This document shows positions 9,608-20,422 of a stretch of 53,280 bases of DNA, piece by piece (position 1 is the first letter of the stretch; every line of letters starts with the position of its first letter). This DNA is from a virus. Taxonomy: Duplodnaviria > Caudoviricetes. A program made the translations under genes and the position numbers. A model generated the notes under the pieces. The model did not search any database. It saw only the letters and a list, made by a program, of their open reading frames with translations, and had not been told where the DNA came from. Location of the stretch: positions 1 through 53,280 of the IMG/VR virus record IMGVR_UViG_3300021961_000137; one strand, given 5' to 3'.

Positions 9608-11473
9608 TTAGCACTTCCAACGTCTCCTCGCTGCTAATCCTCTTTCTCCTTTCCAACTTCTACTACGAGAGCAAAATGCTCTACGACGCTTTGCTGCTGC
9701 ACTTCCTGGTTCTACATCTCCAGTTACTGGTGCTTGCAAATTTGATCCCGTAGCACGATTATATTTTTTTCTTCCTTTTTCAGTAAGACCTCCACCTCTA
9801 CTTACAGGAAGTTTTTCTCCTCTACCTACAGACAGAGATGGTCCTTCTTCTTCCAACTCAACATCTTCTCCCATTGTTTTTACATAATTTTTACTAGGAC
9901 CTGGTTTTGCAGAACTTCCTCCCTGAGGTCCACAAGCTTGAATGAGTGGTTCTCCAGATGTAAATTCTGATACTGAATGATAAACTACCTTTGATCCTGG
10001 ATAAACCTTTTGAAGTTCATCATTAATCTCTTGACGAGAAGGAGTTTTAATTTGAGGGAAGAACATTCTTAAAGAATAATATTTTCCTCTCCACATTAAT
10101 GTAACTGCAATTACATTTCCAGTTTGTGCTTGTAGTCTTGTTGCTTCATTTACTTGCGACTTGAATCCTTTGATTGGATCTGGTTGAATTAAATCAACTA
10201 CTTCGGCAAAAGTATTTCCCTCAGCGTCTTCGATAGTTACATCTTCTGCTTTTACACAACGATTATATTTTTTACCAAAAAGTTTTTGAGTTCCTTTCTT
10301 TTTATATCCAGGCCAACACTTCATTTCATCCATAATTTTATCAACAAGTTTCTGTTCTTCCATTTCTCCACTTGTAACATAGTCTGCTGCAGTATCAATA
10401 TAGTCTGCTGCTTTAGTGATTTTTGACTGAACCCATGCCTCTAAATTACCTTCACCTTTTCCAACTTTTGCTCGCAATCTTTTTACGGCATTTTCGATAG
10501 TTTGAAGTTCTCCGCGAACCATTGAATATTCTTCATCTTTTGATTCGGGTATAGTAGGCATAGTTATATTATAGTCTTTTTTTCCCGAAACCACTTCTGA
10601 AGGTAATGAAAACATATCCCAGTATTTTTGTCCATATTTACACTCATCTCTAGACTCAACTTTTTCGCATTTAGGACAATATCTTCCCGGATTTTCTCTA
10701 ATTGGGCCATCCCATTCATAATTTAAAGTGGCATCTATGTTTTCTGATTTAGTTCCCCAGTTGTCAGCACCTACTTTGCGACATTTGACAAGTGCTCCTG
10801 ATGCATATGCACTTGGCCAAACAGAATATCTTGACTTTACCTTGTGATAACAAGCATCTTTTTTACCACTACCTTTACCTGGTTTATCTTTTGCTTCCTG
10901 AACATCCATTTCTTCTTTCATTTTCTTTTTAGGCGAATCTGTGGAAACATAAGTTGGTTTTGCAGATCCCGTTTTCTGTTGCTGTCCAGGATCTGCTTCT
11001 TTTTTTCTTCTTGCTGCTGAACGTCTTTCTGTAGGAGTCATGCTTGCTCTTTTTGCAGAAGAAACACACTTAGGAACTCCTTCTCCTGGTTCGTCACTTG
11101 CACATGTACCACCAGTTACAACATTAACCCAACCAGATTTTCCATCCTTTGATTTTGATTTTCCAAACCAATCACGAAGACCTTCTTCTTTTACAATTTC
11201 TTCGTATGCAATTCTTTTTCTACTATGTTGTATTTCTCCCTTTTGTTTAGACATTAATTTTTTAGACCAAGCACCAACATTAATATCCTTTGGATTTTCG
11301 TCTGGTATTCTCTTTTTCGGATTATCATAAACATCAACATCTCCATCGGCGTCACGATCTACATATTGAACAGTAGCATGATGCACCAACTGTTTAAGAT
11401 CGAGATTGGGATCCAACTGGTGTTGTTTTCCCTTTAAATGTGGTGTTTTGTGGGAGAATTTTGGATTCTTCAT
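9608..11473 (-). CDS. Modular Lys/Cys-rich hypothetical protein between gp16 and gp17 (DUF5872-like and DUF6321-like segments)
   Basis: 621 aa; GLRDWF...PKC, CYHKVKSRYSVWPSAYASGALVKCRK, CWPGY and C-terminal GGLTEKGRKKYN...RRRAFCSR...RRRWKC segments. Confidence 0.7.
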   Translation of the reverse strand: MKNPKFSHKTPHLKGKQHQLDPNLDLKQLVHHATVQYVDRDADGDVDVYDNPKKRIPDENPKDINVGAWSKKLMSKQKGEIQHSRKRIAYEEIVKEEGLRDWFGKSKSKDGKSGWVNVVTGGTCASDEPGEGVPKCVSSAKRASMTPTERRSAARRKKEADPGQQQKTGSAKPTYVSTDSPKKKMKEEMDVQEAKDKPGKGSGKKDACYHKVKSRYSVWPSAYASGALVKCRKVGADNWGTKSENIDATLNYEWDGPIRENPGRYCPKCEKVESRDECKYGQKYWDMFSLPSEVVSGKKDYNITMPTIPESKDEEYSMVRGELQTIENAVKRLRAKVGKGEGNLEAWVQSKITKAADYIDTAADYVTSGEMEEQKLVDKIMDEMKCWPGYKKKGTQKLFGKKYNRCVKAEDVTIEDAEGNTFAEVVDLIQPDPIKGFKSQVNEATRLQAQTGNVIAVTLMWRGKYYSLRMFFPQIKTPSRQEINDELQKVYPGSKVVYHSVSEFTSGEPLIQACGPQGGSSAKPGPSKNYVKTMGEDVELEEEGPSLSVGRGEKLPVSRGGGLTEKGRKKYNRATGSNLQAPVTGDVEPGSAAAKRRRAFCSRSRSWKGERGLAARRRWKC

Positions 11474-11625
11474 TCAACTGGTTTTGATTTAGTTTCTTCA
11501 CCTTTTGCTCTTTTTTTCCTTCCCGCACAATGAGCGCGTTGAGAAAATCCTTTTGGATTTGAGCAGTCAATACTCTTTTTATATTTATTAGTCCAGTCTT
11601 CTTGAAACTGTTTAAACGTTTTCAT
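11470..11625 (-). CDS. Small basic protein with capsid-targeting-like leader, 51 aa; not in the ORF track
   Basis: Manual translation MKTFKQFQEDWTNKYKKSIDCSNPKGFSQRAHCAGRKKRAKGEETKSKPVE; ATGA overlaps on both sides. Confidence 0.8.
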   Translation of the reverse strand: MKTFKQFQEDWTNKYKKSIDCSNPKGFSQRAHCAGRKKRAKGEETKSKPVE

Positions 11626-11780
11626 GCAATTGTACCTTTTTTGAAAAAATTCTTTTTTCTAATTTCTAAAGGAGTTGGCATCGTATCAAGGATGATAGGC
11701 ATCTTATCTTTTGTTCCGGGAACTGGAAAAGATTTAATTTTTCTTACTATTTGCTCTTGAAACTGTTTAAACGTTTTCAT
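11600..11780 (-). repeat. 26-nt exact direct repeat ATGAAAACGTTTAAACAGTTTCAAGA at 11600-11625 and 11755-11780
   Basis: Both copies read directly; each forms the start of a small ORF. Confidence 0.9.
11622..11780 (-). CDS. Small basic protein with capsid-targeting-like leader, 52 aa; not in the ORF track
   Basis: Manual translation MKTFKQFQEQIVRKIKSFPVPGTKDKMPIILDTMPTPLEIRKKNFFKKGTIA; overlaps the gp16 end and is ATGA-coupled to the next ORF. Confidence 0.7.
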   Translation of the reverse strand: MKTFKQFQEQIVRKIKSFPVPGTKDKMPIILDTMPTPLEIRKKNFFKKGTIA

Positions 11781-12201
11781 TTTCAGTTTGTTGTTTTAGA
11801 AGTTTTGCTAATTCTGCAGTAGATCCAACAAAAAGTGCATTATTAACTGTTGTGGGTCCTTTTTGTTTTTCTTCTTCAATATCCTTAAGTTTCTTTTGAA
11901 GATCCATTAATTTATCGGTTGCATCAGCGACATTTTTAATTAATTGACCTGCAACTTCATAAGCACGAGGCATCTCGCTTTCCTGAGCAAGTTCAAGAAT
12001 TCCATTAATTGCTTCTTGACCTTTTTCAATGAGTGAATATAAATTACCTCTAGTATAATCATAATCTTTTTTTATATCATCAACAATTGTTGACATCTTT
12101 TCAATTTTATCAATAGCGGTTTCAGTATTATCTGTGGAAATAATTTCACCACTTACATTAAATGTTTCATTGAGTTTATCAAACTTTTTTGTCATTTTCA
12201 T
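11767..12201 (-). CDS. gp16: Terminase small subunit
   Basis: DYDYTRGNL, PRAYEVAGQLIK and NNALFVGSTAEL motifs; follows gp15. Confidence 0.92.
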   Translation of the reverse strand: MKMTKKFDKLNETFNVSGEIISTDNTETAIDKIEKMSTIVDDIKKDYDYTRGNLYSLIEKGQEAINGILELAQESEMPRAYEVAGQLIKNVADATDKLMDLQKKLKDIEEEKQKGPTTVNNALFVGSTAELAKLLKQQTENENV

Positions 12202-12206
12202 ATCTA

Positions 12207-13208
12207 TCAGAAAGTATTTCCACTAAATCCAAAATCATCACCCTCTTCAATTAATAAATCATCTGCAGCAGTAATTGACTTTACTTGAGATCCTGCTAAG
12301 TGTGGAGTTGTTGCTGTACCATCTTTACCTCTCTCAACGGTAAGAACGTTACCGGATTTTGATTGTACATAAACTTCTTCACCTTCAAAATCTAGATATG
12401 TGTTAATTGAAATAGAACTTGCATCATTTACAGTAATCAATGTATCATCTGCAGTTATGTCTTTTGATAAGTTAGTTAGAATAGTTCCTGTATAATTTTT
12501 AATTGCCCTTGGTTCGACTGAGTAAACAACTTCTCTAACTGGTGTTGAAGAAACATCTCCAGCAATATATCCAATAGAAGCTTTTTTGATAATATCTTTT
12601 GTTGCAGAGGAAACAGGTCCAAATATATAAGTTTTAGCACTAAATCTTAGAGTATATATTAGAACTCTTCTTGTATTGAAATCTCCTTCATAGTCATCTT
12701 GCATAGTAATATTCTCAAGAATTACAGGAATATCTCTCTTTTCATTGATAGTATCTACCAAATCAACTGTCATCGTATAAGCTGGTTGAAAAAATGGTAA
12801 AATTTGTTCTACAATTTGTAAAGCATCGTCATTTAACTTAGCCATTATACTAAGTTCAAATTGCATATTATAAGGAACTGGTAAATATACTTTTTTCGTT
12901 TCAGTACCGTCAGTAGCAGATTTTTTTATAAAAGTTTGCGTTGTTGTTGATTTTCTAGTTGAGTCATATGTCAAACCCGTAAATTCAAATGACATCCTTG
13001 GAAGTGTCATCTGAACGGGTTTATTTAAATTGGGTGATTGATTTATTCTTGCAAGAAACTTTTGAGTTGGACCATATGCAAGAGGTACTTTAATAACACT
13101 GACAGTTTCATTGTCATTATTGGTGTGTTTAATACTAATATTATTAAAAAGAGAACCAAATGAAATTACAGTTCTTCTTAAAATTTCGTGATAAAAATAT
13201 TCAAACAT
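12207..13208 (-). CDS. gp15: Tail sheath stabiliser / tail completion protein
   Basis: YFYHEILRR, VPLAYGP, LPRMSFE and QIVEQILPFFQP motifs. Confidence 0.93.
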   Translation of the reverse strand: MFEYFYHEILRRTVISFGSLFNNISIKHTNNDNETVSVIKVPLAYGPTQKFLARINQSPNLNKPVQMTLPRMSFEFTGLTYDSTRKSTTTQTFIKKSATDGTETKKVYLPVPYNMQFELSIMAKLNDDALQIVEQILPFFQPAYTMTVDLVDTINEKRDIPVILENITMQDDYEGDFNTRRVLIYTLRFSAKTYIFGPVSSATKDIIKKASIGYIAGDVSSTPVREVVYSVEPRAIKNYTGTILTNLSKDITADDTLITVNDASSISINTYLDFEGEEVYVQSKSGNVLTVERGKDGTATTPHLAGSQVKSITAADDLLIEEGDDFGFSGNTF

Positions 13209-13251
13209 GTCGATAACTTATATTATTACTATTTAACAGAATTATAGAAAG

Positions 13252-13259
13252 TATTTATA
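13252..13259 (-). promoter_or_regulatory. T4-type late promoter TATAAATA upstream of gp15
   Basis: Exact consensus; nATAAATA variants also precede genes at 4810, 7648, 26660, 28248, 29392 and 43836. Confidence 0.8.
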
Positions 13260-13266
13260 AAAAAAA

Positions 13267-14676
13267 TTATGGCATCCCAAATGGATTTGTCTCACTAAAA
13301 TCTATTATATTATCTGCCTCTTGTTCTATTTCGTCGTTCGAAGAATATTTGCCTTCAACTGGAGGTATGCTTATGGATTTTAAATAATGCACTGCACTTG
13401 ACGCGGATCCTACAACACTTTCCCCAAGTATAAATTCTCCATCAATTTTTGATACTTGCAATACATTTGTATTAGAATTCCAAGATCTAACTCTAGCAGT
13501 TACTCCACTTTGAGAACCTGTAACTATTTCATTGAAAACAAAATTTCCCGACGAATTTAGATTCGGGTTTCCTATAGTAATAGTTGGTGCTTGAGTATAT
13601 CCTAAACCACTATTAGTTAAATAAATTGCAGTAATTGATCCTCCTGCAGATACCACTGCTGTTGCTGCAGCTGACACTGTGGATATTCCTGTAAATGTTA
13701 TCGTAGGTGGGAGTATGTAACCAGATCCGGAATTAGTTATAGATACAATACCAACAACTCCATTACCTATTGATGAGATTCCTGTGGCACCGCTTCCTCC
13801 ACCACCAATAAATCTTACCTGAGGTGCTGTTGTATAACCGTATCCTGAATTGATAATATCTACACTTTGAACAGATTTTGATTGCCCTGCTAGGTTTTGG
13901 TTGCAAACAACAATTCCTCCTATCAATTCTGCTATTGCAGATGCAGTTTTTCCTCCGGACGGTGCGGAGGAGATGCCTACAGTTGGAGTGCTTGTATAAC
14001 CACCACCACGATTTGTGATCGTAATATATCTAACTCCACCACCAACTACCGTCGCAGTTGCAGTTGCTGTTATAGCAATACCTGCCATAATTAGGTTTGT
14101 AATATTACCAACAGGCGCTTCTTCAGTATTAGATTCTTCTCCTGAAATGAGATTATCTATTTCATTAATACTTGTATCAATAACTTCATCTTCATATCTG
14201 AACAATTCACATTTCAATTGGTAAGTATATAAACCTTGCAATTGATAAAAGGGTTTTTCGTGTTCAACAAATTTAATTTCAAATAATCTATTACCTAAAG
14301 GAAAATAAATTAAATCACCCTCCTTTGGTCTTGATGATAATTTAATATTTATTTGGTTTTTGATAAGAGGTGAAATATAATTTTTAAATCTTTCTCTAGA
14401 TATAATCAAATTAATTTCGTTTAGAGACTGAATTCCAAACTTTGAAAGAATAGTTGTATTATCACCATATCCCTCATAGTTGTCTATGTAAGCTTCTATT
14501 GGATATGCATTATTAAATTCAGATTCTATAACTTCTCTAATGACAGTTTTTTCAGTAATAAAACTTCTTGGAATATAGTGAACGTCAATTCCATACATTC
14601 TAAGTTGTTCATTAATCAAATCTTGTATAAGACCTTGCTCTGACTTAGATCCTTGAAGAAAAAATGGGTTTAACAT
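13267..14676 (-). CDS. gp14: Neck protein, with Gly-rich C-terminal insertion
   Basis: RPKEGDLIYFP, LFEIKFVEHEKPFYQL and C-terminal IIDFSETNPFG. Confidence 0.93.
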   Translation of the reverse strand: MLNPFFLQGSKSEQGLIQDLINEQLRMYGIDVHYIPRSFITEKTVIREVIESEFNNAYPIEAYIDNYEGYGDNTTILSKFGIQSLNEINLIISRERFKNYISPLIKNQINIKLSSRPKEGDLIYFPLGNRLFEIKFVEHEKPFYQLQGLYTYQLKCELFRYEDEVIDTSINEIDNLISGEESNTEEAPVGNITNLIMAGIAITATATATVVGGGVRYITITNRGGGYTSTPTVGISSAPSGGKTASAIAELIGGIVVCNQNLAGQSKSVQSVDIINSGYGYTTAPQVRFIGGGGSGATGISSIGNGVVGIVSITNSGSGYILPPTITFTGISTVSAAATAVVSAGGSITAIYLTNSGLGYTQAPTITIGNPNLNSSGNFVFNEIVTGSQSGVTARVRSWNSNTNVLQVSKIDGEFILGESVVGSASSAVHYLKSISIPPVEGKYSSNDEIEQEADNIIDFSETNPFGMP

Positions 14677-14679
14677 ATT

Positions 14680-15534
14680 TTATCCTATCATATCTAATGG
14701 TGGGAGTTCATATGTATTAGACATTTTTTCCATTAAAATATCAATTTCTCTTTGGGCATCATCATACATTTGTCTTCCATTCAACTCGACTCCACCTGGG
14801 AGTTTGACTCCAGTAAATTTCATCATATTTTGACCCCACTGCCTCTTAATTAATGAGGTTAGGTATGGTTTTAAAAATGAATCATTCCAAACTCTTGAAT
14901 AATCATTGGGATCAAGAGTTGAATAACAATCAATAATAAAAAATTGATCTTCTCTTACGGAACTCCAATCTATATCCAAATATAATCTATCTTGCCTTTT
15001 ATTGAATCTTATTTGTTTTTGTGTATTGAGGAGAAAATCTAGATCTTCTAGATATGTTTTAACCATTGCATAACTTAAAAGTTCAGTTGTGCCCCAATAG
15101 TAAATATCGTTTAAAAATAGTTGATACTTTACGCTAAACATATTGTGCGTAATAGTATTTGCTCCATCAAATGTAAAAATTTTATTTACTCCAATAATAT
15201 TTGGTGGCATTTGCAGATAGTTACTATTTTCATAGAAACTAAAAGTAGTTGCTGTTCCTACTATATTTGCTGTTGCTGAGGTACTTGCGATACCGACTGA
15301 ACTAGATGCATTGCTTGCAGTTCCTGCTCTTCCTCTATCAATGTCTGCCTTCGTTACTTTATACTTATAAAAAGTCGAATATACACCATCAAAGTGTCTT
15401 TCTTGGAAAAACTGAACGGCATCATCTACTAAATCTTCAATTTGTTCATCAGCAACATTAATTTCTAGAACTGGTGCTCCCAGTTTTCTTTTGCAATAAT
15501 CAATTAATTCTTGCCTAGTAGATGGTTGTGCCAT
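14680..15534 (-). CDS. gp13: Neck protein
   Basis: LGAPVLEINV, QWGQNMMKFTGVKLPGGVELNG; adjacent to gp14. Confidence 0.95.
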   Translation of the reverse strand: MAQPSTRQELIDYCKRKLGAPVLEINVADEQIEDLVDDAVQFFQERHFDGVYSTFYKYKVTKADIDRGRAGTASNASSSVGIASTSATANIVGTATTFSFYENSNYLQMPPNIIGVNKIFTFDGANTITHNMFSVKYQLFLNDIYYWGTTELLSYAMVKTYLEDLDFLLNTQKQIRFNKRQDRLYLDIDWSSVREDQFFIIDCYSTLDPNDYSRVWNDSFLKPYLTSLIKRQWGQNMMKFTGVKLPGGVELNGRQMYDDAQREIDILMEKMSNTYELPPLDMIG

Positions 15535-15582
15535 TTATGTACTTAACCCCTTAAGGTATTTAGGAAATAGTATTTAAACACA

Positions 15583-15747
15583 TTAAAGTTTGGATACAAC
15601 TTCCTGTTGCTTCAAATATAATTTAATATAAGATTTTGCATAGTTCTTTAAAATTTGAACATCATCGATACTATCAATATCTCTGGCAATTTTCTCATAT
15701 TCAAACATTTTATTAATATTTTCTAAAATAATTTTATTCGGGTCCAT
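15583..15747 (-). CDS. Small helical hypothetical protein, 54 aa (weak NblA-like pattern); not in the ORF track
   Basis: Manual translation MDPNKIILENINKMFEYEKIARDIDSIDDVQILKNYAKSYIKLYLKQQEVVSKL; overlaps the upstream ORF. Confidence 0.7.
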   Translation of the reverse strand: MDPNKIILENINKMFEYEKIARDIDSIDDVQILKNYAKSYIKLYLKQQEVVSKL

Positions 15748-15970
15748 TAACTAAACTCCGTAGTAAATTTTTAATTTCATCCAAATCATTTTTCATTCCA
15801 CTAACGTCACTTTCTAATTGTTTTACCCTATTGATTTCTTTTTCTTTTATTTTTTTTAGTCTTTGATAATTATTATATTCGTCCATATCTAAATTCAAAA
15901 TAGCTTTGGTTTTATTATCTCTAATTAAATTAGAGTGTCCTTCAACTTTAAGATAATCCATATCATGCAA
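15734..15970 (-). CDS. Small coiled-coil hypothetical protein
   Basis: KVEGHSNLIRD...AILN N-terminus and heptad-like C-terminus; coupled to both neighbours. Confidence 0.75.
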   Translation of the reverse strand: MHDMDYLKVEGHSNLIRDNKTKAILNLDMDEYNNYQRLKKIKEKEINRVKQLESDVSGMKNDLDEIKNLLRSLVNGPE

Positions 15971-18464
15971 GAGAAATAACTCTCAGATCTTTCAATCTTG
16001 GTGGGAATGCCTGATTAGTGCCGGCACCAATTAGTTTTATACTAAAATATCTAAACTCTGGTAAATTTGCTATTGTAAATTCATAATCCCTGAAATCTAA
16101 TTCAGAACTCTCAAATTTCATAATATCACTTTTTGGAGTTTTTTCATCTGGTGTTCCATCACCACCAGCAAAGAATTCGTCGGGATCCGTAGCTTGATTG
16201 GAATATCCGGGGAAAGGATAATAAATTGATTGATCATTTGGATCTTTTTTAATTGAATATAGGCATCTTAAATCACTATATTGGTTGACGTATGCTGCAA
16301 CCATTACTTTTAATGACGTTGCAGGTATTTCTAATTGAATAGTATTTGTTGCGTATACAAATGATGATGGGTCTTTATCAAGTGTTGCAACCCTTTCATC
16401 TTTATCATAATCTACAATAGGATTGTTAATTCTATTTGTAACAAAAATCATAGATGCTCTATCCAAATCTACCACAGGAGATAGGTATGGATCTGTAGTT
16501 TCTAAGAATAAATTCACTGTTAATGATTTTTTTCCGGGAAGATCTGCTAGTCTTTCGTCTTCATTAACCTTTGAGCACACTATTCTTGGAGAATCAAAAT
16601 AATTATTTCTATCCAACTCCATATTATCAAATCCTTGATCTTCAAATGAATATTCAAATCCATCAATACTGGTTCCTGCAATAGTTCTTACTCTTGCAGT
16701 GATATCAGTACCATTTAAAATCATAGTTTGAATATTTGGTTTTGCCATTTCAAATTGTATATTTTGAGTGGCGTTAACAAACATACCTCCGGTTGATTTA
16801 GTTTCATTTATACGTAGAAGTGGGAAAGATGTTCCTACACTTCTATCAACTTGTCCATATGGTAATAATAAAGTTTTTCCTGCTGAACTCATGTTAACTT
16901 TTATAGTATAATAATCAAAATCGCTTGCATCTTTTACCAATGCATCTTGCAAAGTATGAGTAGTATTAATTCTTCTGAGAGATATTCCATTTAATTCATA
17001 CTTATAAACTTGAGTTCCTTGAGAATATGAGAATGCGAGAGTTTGATCAATACCTCTTGTTACACCAGTTAAAGTATTTTCAGTAACTCCTTGATACGCA
17101 AGAATTTCGTTACCAATCAAAACATATCCCGGATTTGTGCTACTAACTCCAACATTCTCAAAAGTTGAGAAGTTTGTAGTCCCTGTTACTAATAAATCTC
17201 CAGTAGAATTTTGATCATAGTCTGATGTTAATTTTATTGGTTTAATATCAGGCAATACATTTGATATTTTTACCACGTTTTCTTCATCATGCATTCCATG
17301 ATTTCTATGATTTACTCTGATATGCAAACCATCAGTTCTTGTTTCTATTGCGCCATCACTTATCAAAACTCCTCCACCAATATTTGAATTGATGTCAGTT
17401 CTTACACCTGCACTAGTAATGTATTGCATAGTTTTTCCAGCGCCAGACACAAATTGTCCCTGAACATTGTCCAAAACTAATTCATTTACTCCAGATAAAT
17501 TAGACACAGATAAGAGTAAATTAGTTCCTGTATTTTCAACTCCAAGTTCAGAAACTGTTAATACTTCTCCTATGGTAAAACCAGTTCCTCCATTAGATAT
17601 TGTCGCAGCAACTGCGACTCCATTTTCAATGGTAATATTTGCTGTTGCATTCTTTCCAGAACCATTAATACTCGTTACGGCAACTCCAGTATATGTTAAT
17701 CCTCCCGCAGATGGAGTATATCCAATTCCGGAATTAATAATTGTCAAATTTCCTGAAGCAGATCCTGCGGAGAAAACGTAATTGCCACTAGCGTTACTAC
17801 CTTGCTGTACAATTGTATTGCCAAGTTTTAAATTTGAATCTTGTATCGTTGTTCCTAAACCAACTCTAATTATATTTGACTCAAAATCAAGAGGATTTGG
17901 AACTAATGTTGCTACTTGTTTATTACCCAAACTTAGTTCTGGGTTGTAAAAATTAAAATCACCTGCCTGTGAAGTAAAATCTGCTCTATACAAAGTAAAC
18001 TTCAAATCTTCATATGGACTTTCATTCCATGTAGAAGCATTTTGTGATTTAAATAATCCACCACTCAATGGTTGTTTTGTAACTAATATTTGTTTTGATT
18101 CTGGTCCAGAAAGAGTTGTTACATCAACCTCTCCTAGTCTTGAGACCCAAACATTATAAGTTGGGATATTCGACATCAATACTAAAGCATGAAATTTTCT
18201 TCCAACCAGGTATACTGGAGATGGGAATGTTATTCTTGTTGGAATTGACGCATCTTCAGAAATGTTAATATCTTTAGGATCTACAACAATCTCACTAAAT
18301 GGATACACTCTTGGTGTAGGAAGTCCCATTTCCATTGGTCTAAGTTGAACCGTTATCGGTAAGACCGCATCCTTTGATAAGAAATATAAATCTACAGACG
18401 TAATAAAAGCACCAGTTTCATTTTCAATATAAAATGATTGTGCTAATGGATCTATAACCTTCAT
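15963..18464 (-). CDS. Virion structural protein, C-terminal third of a split DUF4815/VrlC-like protein
   Basis: Starts at DPLAQSF, which is normally internal; contains LFKSQNASTW...EDLKFTLYRA; ends PPRLKDLRVISLA. Confidence 0.8.
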   Translation of the reverse strand: MKVIDPLAQSFYIENETGAFITSVDLYFLSKDAVLPITVQLRPMEMGLPTPRVYPFSEIVVDPKDINISEDASIPTRITFPSPVYLVGRKFHALVLMSNIPTYNVWVSRLGEVDVTTLSGPESKQILVTKQPLSGGLFKSQNASTWNESPYEDLKFTLYRADFTSQAGDFNFYNPELSLGNKQVATLVPNPLDFESNIIRVGLGTTIQDSNLKLGNTIVQQGSNASGNYVFSAGSASGNLTIINSGIGYTPSAGGLTYTGVAVTSINGSGKNATANITIENGVAVAATISNGGTGFTIGEVLTVSELGVENTGTNLLLSVSNLSGVNELVLDNVQGQFVSGAGKTMQYITSAGVRTDINSNIGGGVLISDGAIETRTDGLHIRVNHRNHGMHDEENVVKISNVLPDIKPIKLTSDYDQNSTGDLLVTGTTNFSTFENVGVSSTNPGYVLIGNEILAYQGVTENTLTGVTRGIDQTLAFSYSQGTQVYKYELNGISLRRINTTHTLQDALVKDASDFDYYTIKVNMSSAGKTLLLPYGQVDRSVGTSFPLLRINETKSTGGMFVNATQNIQFEMAKPNIQTMILNGTDITARVRTIAGTSIDGFEYSFEDQGFDNMELDRNNYFDSPRIVCSKVNEDERLADLPGKKSLTVNLFLETTDPYLSPVVDLDRASMIFVTNRINNPIVDYDKDERVATLDKDPSSFVYATNTIQLEIPATSLKVMVAAYVNQYSDLRCLYSIKKDPNDQSIYYPFPGYSNQATDPDEFFAGGDGTPDEKTPKSDIMKFESSELDFRDYEFTIANLPEFRYFSIKLIGAGTNQAFPPRLKDLRVISLA

Positions 18465-18484
18465 TTGATTGGTCTCTTTTTATT

Positions 18485-18739
18485 TTATTTATTTTGTTTG
18501 AGTGTATCTATTTCTTGCTTAAGTTCTTTCACAGCCTCTATTAAAATTGGTATCAATTGAATATAATCAACTGTCAAATATCCATCATTTCCCATTTTTA
18601 CTATCTCAGGAAATTCTTTTTGAACCTCCTGAGCAATTACTCCATATTCGTATCCACTTTGACCAGTTAATTCTGTCATTTTTTCATTCCATTCATAGTA
18701 TTTTCCATTTATATTAGATAATCTAGACAAATAACTCAT
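18485..18739 (-). CDS. Stand-alone C-terminal portion of a peptidase S74 / intramolecular chaperone domain
   Basis: NGKYYEW...YGVIAQEVQKEFPEIV...GYLTVDYIQLIPILIEAVKELKQEI is the S74 core plus coiled coil; the SDxRLK cleavage motif is absent. Confidence 0.85.
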   Translation of the reverse strand: MSYLSRLSNINGKYYEWNEKMTELTGQSGYEYGVIAQEVQKEFPEIVKMGNDGYLTVDYIQLIPILIEAVKELKQEIDTLKQNK

Positions 18740-18740
18740 A

Positions 18741-20417
<1,677 letters not shown>

Positions 20418-20422
20418 AAACT

